NCBI GenBank assembly: GCA_036867785.1 | Contig: CP145409.1 | Coordinates: forward strand, 620,001-684,000 | Source of the DNA: Plasmodiophora brassicae | Lineage: Eukaryota | DNA: 64,000 nucleotides | Direction of reading: 5' to 3' | In this document: positions 36,234 through 48,464 of the stretch, piece after piece | Layout: every line of letters starts with the position of its first letter | Position numbering within the stretch: position 1 is the stretch's first letter | Translations under genes and position numbers: made by a program | Notes under the pieces: model-generated | What the model saw: the letters and a program-made list of their open reading frames with translations, nothing else | The model's database searches: none | What the model was told of the DNA's origin: nothing

Positions 36234-36306
36234 CGGCGTCCGCCACGCACTGACGCCACGCGCGCTTACCCTCACGGCGTCCGCCACGCACTGACGCCAC
36301 GCGCGC
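36234..36306. repeat. Perfect 32-bp direct repeat (x2, 9-bp spacer) in the upstream region of the cold-shock gene
   Basis: cggcgtccgccacgcactgacgccacgcgcgc at 36234-36265 and 36275-36306. Confidence 0.9.
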
Positions 36307-36453
36307 ACTCGGGCGCCGCCGCTTCGCACGTCGCCACCACCACCGCGTCGCGCATATATTTAGAACCGCACACACACACACAAGTCTCACCAACTCGATG
36401 TTTTGAAACTCTACATTGTCGAAGAATCATATCACCTGCCCGTAGTATACCCA

Positions 36454-37874
36454 TCACGGTTGCGGATGGTCGCTCGGAGGCGCGGGTCTCTGGAGCCGTG
36501 CGGCAACGCTGGCGGATGTGCATTCCCATGTTCGTTTCAGGCCAGTGATGATCTTCGAGGTCAGTTTCGGTCCCAGGCGATCGCAGCCAGCGTTGACGGC
36601 GAGCCAGCCTAGCATGTCGTTGTCGCGACGGGCGACGACGCCCTGCAGGGCTGCCTCCCATTTCGCGTGTACATCAGCGCCGCGCGCGAGTAGCACTCGG
36701 ATACATTCGAAGTGACGGTTCTCGATGGCCTTCCGTATGGGTTCATCTGCAGAAAACAATGATCAGAAACACAGTACCGAGCTAGATGGGACGCCATCAC
36801 CTTCGAGCACGTGGACGTCCGCGCCCCACGTTATTAGTTCCTCGGCAATGGCCGCATGACCATTCTCTGCGGCTTTCCTCAGCGACTCGTTGTCCAGTGC
36901 CGACACAGTCGCCCCCGATGACAGCAGGATGCGGACGGCGTTCACGTGCCCGTTCGCCGATGCGAGTCGTAGCGCCTCATCGTCTTTGGCGTGTATGTCG
37001 ACTGGATCGGAGGTCCCACTCAGGAGACATAGCTGGACAAAGGCCTCGTTGCCGAGCTCGGCAGCGCGTCGCAACCCCGAATTGTTATTGGCGGCGACGT
37101 CAAATCCCACACGAACCAGGGCGGCAGCTACCTCGAAGTCGCCTTCTGCCATGCACCTGCCCCATTTGCTGTGGAACTCGTGGCTCCATGTCGTGTTGTC
37201 GCTGACGCAGCCATCCTGCCACACAGGGATGATGGCTCCAACGTCAAACAAGAAATCCATTAGGCGATGGTGGCCGTTCAGCGCGGCCGACAGTAGCGCC
37301 CTGTCATCGTATTCGTTCACATTTGCCCCTGATTTGAACAGTGGGAATAGCGTATAGGTGGACCACGATTGTAATGGGACAGACCGTGGGTGACCAGCAA
37401 TCGGACAACATCCAGCATCCCATGCTGACACGCTGATTCCAGAGCGCGTGACCCAGGAGTCACTGGGCTGACGCCCGCAACGGTAACCAACCAATTCAAA
37501 ACGTCCAGGTCTCCATGGAGTGCCCAAGTCGTCAGCACGGGATTATGTTCAACGACAGGATATTCCTTCAAGATTCGTTCCATTGTGGCGATGACAGCTG
37601 ATGTCGTTGGAGGCAAGAACTGAATGTAACCTGTCAGGCGCGCTAGTGCAATGTAACCGTACTTCCGTATCAGCAGTCGTGCCAGGCAGGCCGCGAACAC
37701 GTCTTCCGTAAATCGGAACGACTCCAACGATCCGACGGCCACGAACCAGTGTATCACTTCATGTTCTTCCTATAGTGACGTGCTTCATGACAAACGCAAA
37801 TCGTAGTGGAGCAATAATGGGCGTACGAGGAAGTCTGATACGAGGCGGAGGCAGTCGACAGGCAAAGCAGACAT
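36454..37874 (-). CDS. Ankyrin-repeat protein with N-terminal F-box-like motif; spliced
   Basis: MSALPVDCLRLVSDFL|EEHEVIHWFVAV; ankyrins GANVNEYDDRALLSAALNGH, DIHAKDDEALRLASANGHVNAVRILL, SALDNESLRKAAENGH, DEPIRKAIENRHFECIRVLLARGADVH. Confidence 0.85.
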
Positions 37875-38322
37875 GCCACGGATGAATATATGATCTGGTC
37901 ATGCGGAGTTCGGTCAGTCGGAGCCAATCCACAATCACAAGAGCTCCCGGAACCGGGAGACGCTCGCAACGGACGGATCACTGGAAGACCAGAATCATAA
38001 TACCATTGGTTCGTTGTCGGAATAAACTTTATTTTAATTTATTTGTGATTCGCGCTGGAGTAAACTAAGCTTTCCAAAGATGGGGCTCACGCTTAAATTC
38101 TACTTCCTCATGTTCACCATGAGTCGAATATGTTTATCTGGATTCGGCGTCTCTAAATGTGTGTGTGGGTGGGCGCAGCGTAAACGCATCTCAACCACAG
38201 TCAGGTGAGACTAAGAAAGGTCACGGACACTTCCATTGTAGCATCCGGTAAGTCTCCATCGTAGTATCCAGACTACTGACGGTGGTTAACAGGCATTTAC
38301 GCAGCGCCCTCCCGTACACACA

Positions 38323-41300
38323 ATGCCATCGCCATCTGGGGTTGCAGACGTCTTGCAGTACCTACCTACTTACGCTTGGCAATAACGCAGTCGATGTGGC
38401 AACTGGCAAGTCCGCGTACGCGCGACGGACTCCGTGACGGACTTCACAGAATCCTGCTGGAATAGGGAACCTGCCAGCTTGTTCAGCCGTGATGTCCAGT
38501 GAAGTGCACGATTTCGTGCGCCCCCATGTGGAATCGTTTGATTGGCTGTTACACGAGGGCCTTGGCCTGATTGTCAAAGACTTGCACCCGGTGGAGGTTC
38601 CCGCCGATGAAGAAACCGGGCGTCCACGCACCCGCTTCTGGATTAAGAAGGTCCACATCAGTTCACCGTTCAAGAACGACGACAGCAATGACAACCGCCT
38701 GCTGCCAAACGAGTGTCGCGAAGGGAACCGGAGCTATTCAGGAGCATTGACGGTCACAATCAGCCGACGAATCAATGATGGGAACACGGTTGATATGCAG
38801 TATCGTGCCGGGGACGCTCCTGTTATGGTCCGATCGGCAGCATGCCACCTGAGGAACATGGACCACGATGCTCTTATCAAGCACCGTGAAGAGGGCACCG
38901 AAATGGGCGGCTACTTCATTATCAACGGTCTCGAGAAGGTTATTCGTCTGTTGGTCATGCCGAAACGCAACTACATTACTGCTCTGGTTCGGCCGTCGTT
39001 CACAAATCGAGGGCCGTTCTACACGGAATATGCGACCGCCATTCGCAGCGTTCGCCGCGACCAGAGCTCTCAGACGCTCACTGTGCATTACCTCTCGGAT
39101 GGGACATGCACTGTTCGAGTGACAATTGGCAAACAAGAGTATGTTCACGCGCGTAACAGCATAGTGATGTTTCCACCCATGTCCTGACCTAGATTCCTAA
39201 CGCCCATTGCGTTAATGTTCCACGCGTTAATGTCAACGACGGATTTTGAAATCTTCCAGGCTGTGTGTGCTGAAGGCGACACCTTTGCTGCGGACCGTAT
39301 GGAACGAATGCTACGCGACGGTGAGTCCCTCCTCTTATGTGCGACTCTGCCATACCAGCGTCTGATTACGTCCGCCAGTGAAAGTACTGAACCTGCGATC
39401 TCCTTCCGACTACCAAGCCTACCTCGGCTCCCGCTTCCGTTTCATACTTCGACTGAATGACAGTGTACCGTCCACTGCGGCCGCGTTTCGAGCAATGCAT
39501 TTTACTAACGCGTCATGTCAGGTATCCGATGCAGATGCTGGTCGTATCCTTCTGCAGAGGCACTTCTTAGTTCACTGCAGTACTGATTTCGAGAAATTCG
39601 ATGTCCTAGCCCTGATGATCAAGAAGCTGTTTGCTCTTGTTCAAGGTTGATTCTGTCACAAGCTACGTTTGCCGACGCCCTGAAGTTAGCGTTCCTTAGG
39701 GCATATTGGTCCTGACAACCCTGATGCACTATCTGCACATGAATGTTTGCTTCCTGGGCACCTATATGGCAACGTTCTGAAAGAGAGGTGCCAAGAACTA
39801 CTGTACAGTTTGAAGGCGCGAATGATCCGGGTTTGTGCTCCCAACCTGTCCTCTAAGGAACCAGCTTGGAGCTAATACGTTGCTTCGCAGGACGACCAAA
39901 GCAAGCACCCCAAATTTTCCGTTGATGACGACGCGTACCTGAAGTCAGTATTGGGGTCAAGTGGAGGAGACATTGGCCAGAAATTGCACTACTTGCTTTC
40001 GACGGGAAACCTGGTATCCCAGTCTGGCCTCGATCTGATGCAGACGTCCGGGTTCACCATCATTGCTGAAAAACTGTATGCGCCGCTCGGAGCTCATCCT
40101 GATGTGTAATCACTGACACAAACATTTTACAGGAACTACTACCGATATTTAGGCCATTTCCGATCTATTCATCGAGGTGCGTTCTTTGCTGAAATGAAGA
40201 CAACTACAGGTAAGTTTTTGTACACATAAGAACACTGCTCCTGCACCTTTAACGATGTTTGTCAGTTCGTAAACTGCTTCCCGAATCGTTTGGGTTCCTG
40301 TGTCCAGTGCACACGCCCGATGGAAGCCCTTGCGGTCTCTTAAATCACCTCGCGGCACCATGTCGGGTCCTCTGTCATGCACCCGCCCTCGACCGCGAAC
40401 GTTTGATTGCCACACTGTTTTCAATCGGTACGTCATCACAGGAACTCTTGGGGGTACCGGTCTGAGTTCCCGCAGGCATGTCATCCTCCCGGTTACACGA
40501 CCGGCGTCGCATTCCTCACTCTGACCGCGTCGTTATGGTTGATGGTATTCTAGTGGGATTCGTCCCCGTCAAATCGATGCGTACTTTCGCCGAACGACTT
40601 CGGTACCTGAAGGTGATTGCGTTGTGACTTACACATGGACTTGCATGCTTATCCGTTTTGTCGTAGGCTACAGATCCTGCTGCACATGGCATTCCTGAGA
40701 CGCTGGAGATTACCTCAGTTGAGCATTACGAGTGTGGGGCGTACCCCGGTGTGTTTCTCGCGTCAAACGCTGCCAGGTTCATCCGCCTGGTTCAGTACTT
40801 GCCAGCGAAGCGTCAGGTACCACCCGTGCGTTCGTTTGTTTGCGCTCCTGTGCCGACTTATCCCGTTCAGGAATGGATTTCTCCACTTGAGCAAGTGTTC
40901 CTCGACATTGCGATCGATGTCAGTGACGTAAGACCTGGGGAAACCTCTCACATCGAACTGGATCCATGCAACATGCTGAGCGTGATCGCGAGCTTCACGC
41001 CCTTCTCTGATTTCAACCAGTCCCCCAGAAACATGTACGTACTGTAGCGGTCGTCCAGCGACCGCGTTGCTAACGGCTTGTGTAGGTACCAGTGCCAGAT
41101 GGGAAAGCAAACAATGGGGACTCCATACCATTCACATCCACATCGTGCTGATAACAAGGTCTATCGTATCCAGAACGTGCAGACACCTGTGGTTCGTAAT
41201 CGCGCCTACAAGCAGCTGGACATGGATCGGTACCCGCTCGGGTGCAATGCCGTCGTTGCCGTCGTGTCATACACCGGATACGACATGGAAGACGCCATGA

Positions 41301-42537
41301 TCATCAACAAGTCTGCCTTCGAACGCGGGTTCGGGCACGGGTCCGTCTACACCACCAAGGTCATCGATCTGGATGACATGAAAGTTGGCCAGAAGTCCCC
41401 TTATACGTTCGGCAACGTCGATCCTGGCACCGGCAACCGCGTCTGTGATATGCTCGGTGCGGACGGGCTTCCTTCTGTTGGCTCCTATCTGAAGCCCGAC
41501 GACCCTCTGTACGCCACGCTCAACAATGTCTCCAAAGAAGTCAAGGTCGTTAGGCACAAGTCCACCGAGCCAGCCTACATCGACCAGGTTCGTGTCATTG
41601 GCAAGACGGGCAACGGTATCCCGTTCGCGATTGCGATCACGCTCCGGTACAATCGTAACGCCGTGCTCGGTGATAAGTTCTCGTCGCGGCACGGCCAGAA
41701 GGGTGTCCTGTCTCAACTATGGAAGCAGATCGACATGCCGTTCACTGGCGAAGGACTGACGCCTGATATCATCATCAACCCGCACGCGTTCCCCTCGCGA
41801 ATGACAATCGGCATGTTGATCGAGTCGATGGCCGGCAAGGCCGGCTGCCTCCATGGTGTCTTCGCCGACGGGACACCGTTCCAGTTCGGCGAAGACGACT
41901 TGGCTATGGATTACTTTGGTCGCCAGCTAACCGCTGCTGGGTTCAGCCACGTCGGTAACGAGGAGATGTATTCGGGCGTCTCTGGCATGCAGTTCAAGGC
42001 TGACGTATTCATCGGGGTCGTCTACTACCAGCGTCTCCGACACATGGTGTCCGATAAGTCTCAGGTTGGGATCGTAACCCGTGAGTTCGCTATGGGTAGC
42101 GCTCCCTAACCTGCTGCTGTCTAGGTCCGTTCAACCGGGCCAATCAATGAGCTAACGCATCAGCCGGTTCATGGGCGTAAGAAGAAGGGCGGTATTCGAT
42201 TCGGTGAAATGGAGCGTGACTCTCTACTGGGACACGGAGCCGCATTCCTCCTGAACGATCGTCTGTTGAAGTGTTCCGATTTCCACACAGGTCCGGGGTT
42301 GCTGTTGGCTGTCACATTAACGAGTACTGATCTGGGTTATGTGTTCGCGCAGCGAATGTATGCCGGCAATGCGGTAGTATTCTGTCGAGCATGGCCGATC
42401 GTGACGGGCGTGGGGTATCCTGCGTATCCTGTCGGTCGAAGTCATCGTGCACCCTGATCAACGTCCCCTATGTATTTACGTACCTCGTCAATGAGCTCGC
42501 TGCTATGAACGTCAAGATCGAATTGAAAGTCAAATAA
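38323..42537 (+). CDS. RPA2: DNA-directed RNA polymerase I second-largest subunit; many introns; start approximate (38323 or 38492)
   Basis: [120 protein letters not shown]. Confidence 0.97.
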
Positions 42538-43000
42538 AAACGTATCTGTGGGACGATCATCATTGCAGGTTCGTTCAGAACCTCAGGCCCCTGTCCAGCA
42601 CGTATCGTATTCTCCTGGACAGTGACGTTCGAGTTTCTCACAGCGCGTCCAGCAGCACCACGATCGTACTTTCGGTGGTGATCATCCGGGCGGCCTCTCT
42701 CTCGTCAGAGTGGGCGACACCCAGCACGCTCGGAGGAGCGCATCAGTGGATCGGCGAAGGGGGACTTGTATTTCATTCACGTAGAGCAAACGCGACTGGT
42801 GCGGGATGTGGCGTGATTTCAGGGTGACGCGACGTCGTTTCCTCAGTAAAAATCAAACAGACGTAGCCCTTGAGGACACCGCAGGCCGTCGTGCGTGGTG
42901 AGTGGCGTCGTCGCTGTCAGCAGGTACGATACCGCCCGTCGGCATCAGGGCGAAAAACAATGCAGAGCAGTGCCATTTTATTTCACGTTTGGGCGCCGCG

Positions 43001-44316
43001 ATGGCGTCCGGGGTCGTGGACATAGCGGCGGGCTCGGCTGGCGGCCTGCTGGCTGCCCTGGTCGGGCACCCGTTCGACACCATCAAGGTGCGCCTGCAGA
43101 CGCAGCCAACAAACCCGCCGCTCTATACCGGGTTCCTCGACTGCGTTCGGCAGACGGCGTCCGGTGAGGGCCTGCTCGGCTTTTACAAAGGTCGGTGGGC
43201 ATTCTGCATCGTGTCAGTGTTATGCCGACAATATTGCTTGCCAACCAGGTCTGCAATCCCCTGTGATTGGAATGGTCTTGTTCAACTCGGTGCAATTCTT
43301 CGCTTACGGTCAAGTCAGGCAAGCGTTCTCGATACCATCCGATGGCCGTTTAACCCAAAGGGTCGCGTAGGCGATTGAAGTCGTTCGGACATCATTCCCT
43401 GGGGACCATTCGAAACGATTAACTGTTCAGCAATATGCTCTATGCGGTGCTTTGACCGGGGTTGCCGTTAGCGCCGTCGAGTCTCCCATGGATCTATGTT
43501 ATTGCCCGTTTCTTTGTTGCCTAATGACCGATCCAACTGTGATCTGATTAACGTGCGCCTCAGTCAAATCCCAAGTGCAAGTTCAAGTATTCGAGAAGCC
43601 TGCGGAAGTTAAGCCTGGGGCGAAACAGTTCCGGTTCACTGGTGCTCTCGACGCTGCGGTGCAGATTTGGCGCCACAATGGCGTTCGTGGTGTATATCAG
43701 GTTTTGTGTGTGTGCCCCGTGTCCTTTTCCGTCCTTTCACTCATTCAGGGAGTGTAGGGCCTGAATGGGACTCTTCTCAGAAACATTCCTGCAGTCGGCC
43801 TCTACTTCGGTGATAACTTCTGTTAGCGTCGCCGGAATGGCTGGTTCACCGTTTGCAGGCGCTTACGAGTTCGCGAAGAATCAACTTGTTGGACCGTCGC
43901 GCAACGTCGACCAACTGTCCGACGTCGAACTGTTATGTTCTGGTGGATTTGCCGGTATTTGCTACTGGCTGTTTACGTATCCAACCGATATCGTCTGTGC
44001 AACGCTGCCCGCTCAACAGTCACCGTTGACAATGAAACCCTGACGCTTGCACCTGGCAGATCAAGTCAGCATTGCAGACGGACGCTGTTGATAGGCCTGC
44101 CCGTCGGTATAAAGGGATCGTGGACTGTGCGACCCAGCTTTACAAGCAAGGCGGGGCATCGCGTTTCTTCCGAGGTTTAACTCCCTGCATGATCCGAGCG
44201 TTCCCCGCTAACGCGACCTGCTTCTGGGGATTCGGTGCGCCTAGTTGTGGACAAATGCAATTGCCCAGGCTGACTCTTCCACAGAGACTGCGAAGAAGGC
44301 CTTGACCCGCGAATAA
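43001..44316 (+). CDS. Mitochondrial carrier, carnitine/acylcarnitine-type (SLC25A20/29-like); spliced
   Basis: VGHPFDTIKVRLQTQ; LGFYKG; VESPMDL; TYPTDI; FFRGLTPCMIRAFPANATCF. Confidence 0.93.
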
Positions 44317-44324
44317 ACCGCCCT

Positions 44325-45179
44325 TCATTGCTGAAGCGACAAGGCAATTGCGAGTTCTAGGTCGTTGTCAGCACCTGGTGACTGCGGGCGCGACAGGGGT
44401 GTTCCCTCTCTTGACGGGCCAGTTATTGCAGAGACGGGTATCAGAATCCCTCGCCCTTCAGCAACCGGTTGTTGATAGGTGAGCCCTCTAACCGCAAATA
44501 TGGATGCGCCTGTGGCGTACACGTCAACTGCAGATCTACCGAGTTGGGACATGCACTGACCTTCGTTGTGCATCTGGTGGAGCAGTGCTTCGAGGTATAC
44601 TTCTGAGCACCTTACTGGGCGGTCCTGCAGCGAGTCGAAACAGACCCAGCATCCGGCGATCCGTCTCGCACTGACCCAGTGGTCCTCCCGGTTGATGATG
44701 AATGCGTCTTCCTGCGCGGCTGCGCTGAAGTCACCTACGTTTACACCACAGTCAACGACCTGTCGCATCGGGCCAGCACATGGATCCCTGCATACGGCAG
44801 CGTTCTAGCACGACATTCATGATCCGCATGGCATTGCTAATGACTGCGCCGATGAACGTCTAAGGTTCCCCACATGCAATAACGCCTTGGGGATGGGATA
44901 CCTTGAATCGAGAATTCCCCGCTCATGCTCACGTTGGGAAGCTCGTCAATATCGGGCTGGACTGAATTGCCCATCAGCTCGGACTCTTGCCGGTTGATGT
45001 CCAGGGCTACATAGCTTCGGTCAACGAACCGGCGTGCGTCCGTTCACAGAGCACGGTCGCTGACCGATGGCTGCGAAATCCAACTCGGTAAACACGGCCC
45101 CCTGCAGCAGGTTATTAACGCAGTGCACGGCGCATAACTGTGAACCGTCCTGCTGCTCGAAGTACACGTCGACGTCCAT
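44325..45179 (-). CDS. ATXN3: Ataxin-3/Josephin deubiquitinase with one C-terminal UIM; spliced
   Basis: YFEQQDGSQLCAVHCVNNLLQG (catalytic Cys); NVSMSGNFSIQV; AFIINREDHWVSARRI (His); CFDSL; DNDLELAIALSLQQ* (UIM). Confidence 0.92.
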
Positions 45180-45384
45180 CGGGCTGGCGTCTGTTTGCAA
45201 GCGCAGGATATCTCTGTGACCGAGATCACCCGGCCCGTCATCAGCAGTACGTGGTATAGTAGCAGCCAGGCCTGCCACCTGGGGCACCGTGATATGGTTC
45301 ACGACAGGTCGCCAGTGGGAAACAGTCCCCAAGGCCACTCTGCATTACACATCGTCAGCTATGCTGTTTAGTATGTTCGACCGT

Positions 45385-46425
45385 CTATTGCAAATTCAGG
45401 GCAGCGGCAGGGAGCACGACGACGTTGGCGCCAATGCCGATGTGGTACATGCGCGCCGGTGGAACGTGCTGACGCCAGGCGTTCACCTCCGGCATCCACT
45501 CCCACAGCGACTCCTCGTACGCATGGTCCGCCTGGACCGTCCTCATCATCAAGACGTTCCCGTCGACGACGAAGACGTCCTGCGGGTACTGGCTGTCGAT
45601 CATCGGGAACTCCTCCCAACCATCCGGGCCGAACACCATCACATTGCACAGGCTGACCTCGACGTCATCGACCTTGGTAATGCCCCCGGCAACGACCAAG
45701 CGCCCTTGCCAGACCGTGCTCCCGGAGAACACACGGCCGACGGCTAACGACGGCAACGCCACCCATGCCTGCCGATCATCGTCCAGGTATTCGCAGGCGC
45801 AGCTGGAGACCTGCTTGGCGTCGCGGCCACCAACCGACACCAACCGTTCCTGGCCGTCAATCGGCATCCACTGGCACGCCGAGAACGATCGCGGCTGCTG
45901 CTGGGCGGGCAGCCGCCGCCAGGTGCCGGTCGACGGCAACCATTCCTGGACCCGCCTGCAGTCGATGGCGATCAGGCGGGATCCATCGGGCCGGCACGAC
46001 AACGTGGCACCGCACTGTGTCCCGTTGATCAACGTCTGATTGTGAATCGGGACCCACTGCGACGCGGCCGCGTCGTACGTAACACAGAGCGAGCGTTCGG
46101 TGATGGCCTCGACAGCCGCCACGAGTATACGCCCCTGATACGCGATGACGCGCGTGTGGTCGGTCGTGTTGAGAGGCAGGGGCGACAGGTGCGTCCAGGA
46201 CCGTTTCGTGCGGTCGAACACGTCGACAACGTCCTGGTCGCCGGCCACGATGACGCACAGGCCGCGTTGTCCCAGGACGCTGCGCCCGATCTGTTCGAAC
46301 AGGCGGCAGACGCGCCGGAGGCGGGCCACGTCGCGCCCGGCGCCTAGCAGGTTCAGGATGGCGTCTACGTGCAGGCGTAGCGGCGTCGGCATGATGGCCC
46401 CGGGCGACGTGTACCCGCTGGACAT
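45385..46425 (-). CDS. F-box-like/Kelch-repeat protein; intronless, 346 aa
   Basis: HVDAILNLL...VARLRRVCRLF F-box-like; Kelch motifs RLVSVGG...CEYLDDDRQAWVALPSL and GRLVVAGG...WEEFPMI. Confidence 0.8.
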   Translation of the reverse strand: MSSGYTSPGAIMPTPLRLHVDAILNLLGAGRDVARLRRVCRLFEQIGRSVLGQRGLCVIVAGDQDVVDVFDRTKRSWTHLSPLPLNTTDHTRVIAYQGRILVAAVEAITERSLCVTYDAAASQWVPIHNQTLINGTQCGATLSCRPDGSRLIAIDCRRVQEWLPSTGTWRRLPAQQQPRSFSACQWMPIDGQERLVSVGGRDAKQVSSCACEYLDDDRQAWVALPSLAVGRVFSGSTVWQGRLVVAGGITKVDDVEVSLCNVMVFGPDGWEEFPMIDSQYPQDVFVVDGNVLMMRTVQADHAYEESLWEWMPEVNAWRQHVPPARMYHIGIGANVVVLPAAALNLQ

Positions 46426-46595
46426 CGTCGTCCGCCTATGCGCGATTAGGATTCGCCCTCCTGACGGGCAGCATGGGCGGTGAAGATCAAACGGACCGTC
46501 CTGCGCTTAACGGACCGGCTAGTAGGATCCAGACCAGGCAGCGGTGGTGACCTGCCACGTAGGTAGACGCATGTATTCAGCGAGCCATCCGCTTG

Positions 46596-47457
46596 TCATT
46601 TGCCAAACCGTTGCGTTGTCCTGCTGTACAGCCAGAGCTGGCGGGTCAGGTCGGCGCGCGTGACACGATGGAGGGCCGGCAGGACGCCGAGTTCAGCCTG
46701 CAGCAGCAGCCAGGACGGGAACCCGAACAGCGTCATGCTGTTGTTGCAGAGCTCGCCGCCACAGATCAGCACCAGATCGGGCAGGCACGACGACGATCGG
46801 ATCCGCCATATCTCTGCAACGACGCACGTCTCGTCAGTAGATTTCCCGGACGCCCTCCCCCGGGTGCACGGCTGCTGACCTCGCAGGCGCTCGTTCGGGT
46901 TTGGAGATTCCGCAACGACGTTGTAGAGCGTGTGCCGCTGGCCGCCCGTGCATGGCATGACACGCAGAACGGCGCCGTCGTCGTCAGTCGACAGAACGTC
47001 AAGCTGCGCCTGTGGGGCGCGCCGATGACTATTCAGCGCTGGACCAGGCGGGGACGAACCGTACCGAATGGCCGTCGTCGACCTGCCAGACGTCGTCGTC
47101 GTCCTGGCCAATGACGACGACGCGGCCGCCAAGGCCGTGCTTGACGAGTCGCTCGGCGACGAGCGCGCCGGATGCGTTTGCGTTGAACACAGTGACCTCA
47201 CGAACGCCGGCGGCCAGGCACATTCGGAACAGTCTGACCACCTGGGCGGGCGTCGCCGATCGGTCCGGGCCGGCGCCCACGGCGACGTGCCGTGGGACTT
47301 TCTTCTTCGACGACGGCGCGTCGGCGTGGCCGGCGACGGCTTCCGCCACCGACACCATGCCGGTGACGGTTCGCTCCAGCATGAGGATCACGGAGACGAC
47401 GACCAGGACGATCCGATGCGTCATGGTCAGGGCCACGTCGACCAGAGCGACCGCCAT
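46596..47457 (-). CDS. NUS1: NUS1/NgBR dehydrodolichyl-diphosphate synthase subunit; one intron
   Basis: N-terminal TM; KVPRHVAV; MCLAAGVREVTVFN; LPDLVL...LFGFPSWLLLQAE; C-terminal QRFGK* (RxG motif). Confidence 0.85.
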
Positions 47458-47971
47458 GGCGCGGCGACGACCGACGTTCCGCGCAGAGCGGCCACGTCAC
47501 GGCTTCTGGCGCCGTTCCTCTGTTATTTACGGCCGCTGGCGCCGCCAAATGCCACCCGTGTGCAACGTCCATAGCCGTATCATGGGGCCCATGAACGAAA
47601 GCCACTGCGGCCCGTTTTCGTTTTAATAATCGCGCTCTACCGGGCGCCCATGCGGTCCGATCCATCAGCGGCTGCGCGGAAGGCCTTCGGCAACAAACAT
47701 GGGGCGGGCGGCGGGTGCGTGTGCCAAACACCTGCCCGACGCCGTGATGACTGATGCGCATGCGGCATCCCAGCCCGCCACCCACCCGGTCCCTACAAGC
47801 GGCAGGACGCAATCATCTGCCGCCGTCGCCAGCACGGCCAGTGGCAGCTGCGGGCACCCCCAAAAAAACACATTTTTCAACGTTCCGCTTTTTGGGGCGC
47901 ATCGCAGTAACTCGTCGCGGTTGACTTCGTCTGGGACGGTTGCCAGCGGCAGCAGCAGCAGCAGCTACGAG

Positions 47972-48302
47972 ATGGGTGGCGTTCCACATATCGACTTCCC
48001 GAAGTATGTGTGGACGCCGATGGGTACGTTGACGCGGGTCGCTGGGTCATCGTGGGCCACGCATGTCTGATTGTGGTGGATGTAGGCGGGCCGTACTGCT
48101 ACCCGCGGTATGCCCGACAGTCGGCATCGTAATTCGTGCTGACCATGCGCGTTGTAGCGGATGGAAGAAGAGGACGGCGATCGTCAGCGCCGGGTTCGTC
48201 GCCGTGTGCACCCTGGTGGCCTGGCACTGCGAGAAGAACACGGTGCGTCCGATGGCGCCGCCAACGTACCCGGACCGCTTCCACTACAAGAGCGACGCCT
48301 AG
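47972..48302 (+). CDS. Small mitochondrial complex I accessory subunit (NUUM-like); 3 exons
   Basis: MGGVPHIDFPKYVWTPMG|GPYCYPR|GWKKRTAIV plus one TM; matches the conserved PYPKHVWSPAGGW...NWKxNTA family as recalled. Confidence 0.75.
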
Positions 48303-48464
48303 GCCATGTTATCGTCGTCGTCGTCCTTGAAAATACAACCGTGACCTGTGTATCCCTGTCTGCCGATTTCGGTCTGTATTAGTGCCCATGGGGTGGCACG
48401 TGCCTGCGCGCCGTCGACGATGCTGACGCATCGTGCATTTAACTCGACAGGCGTTGGCCTGCGA

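Noticed and set aside
36234-36306. 32-bp direct repeat as a CRISPR array or transposon end
   Set aside because: Only two units with a 9-bp spacer, eukaryotic context, and no cas or transposase gene.
37980-38320. AT-richer stretch as a possible ncRNA or mobile-element relic
   Set aside because: No recognisable tRNA, snoRNA or terminal-repeat structure; consistent with the divergent promoter between the ankyrin gene and RPA2.
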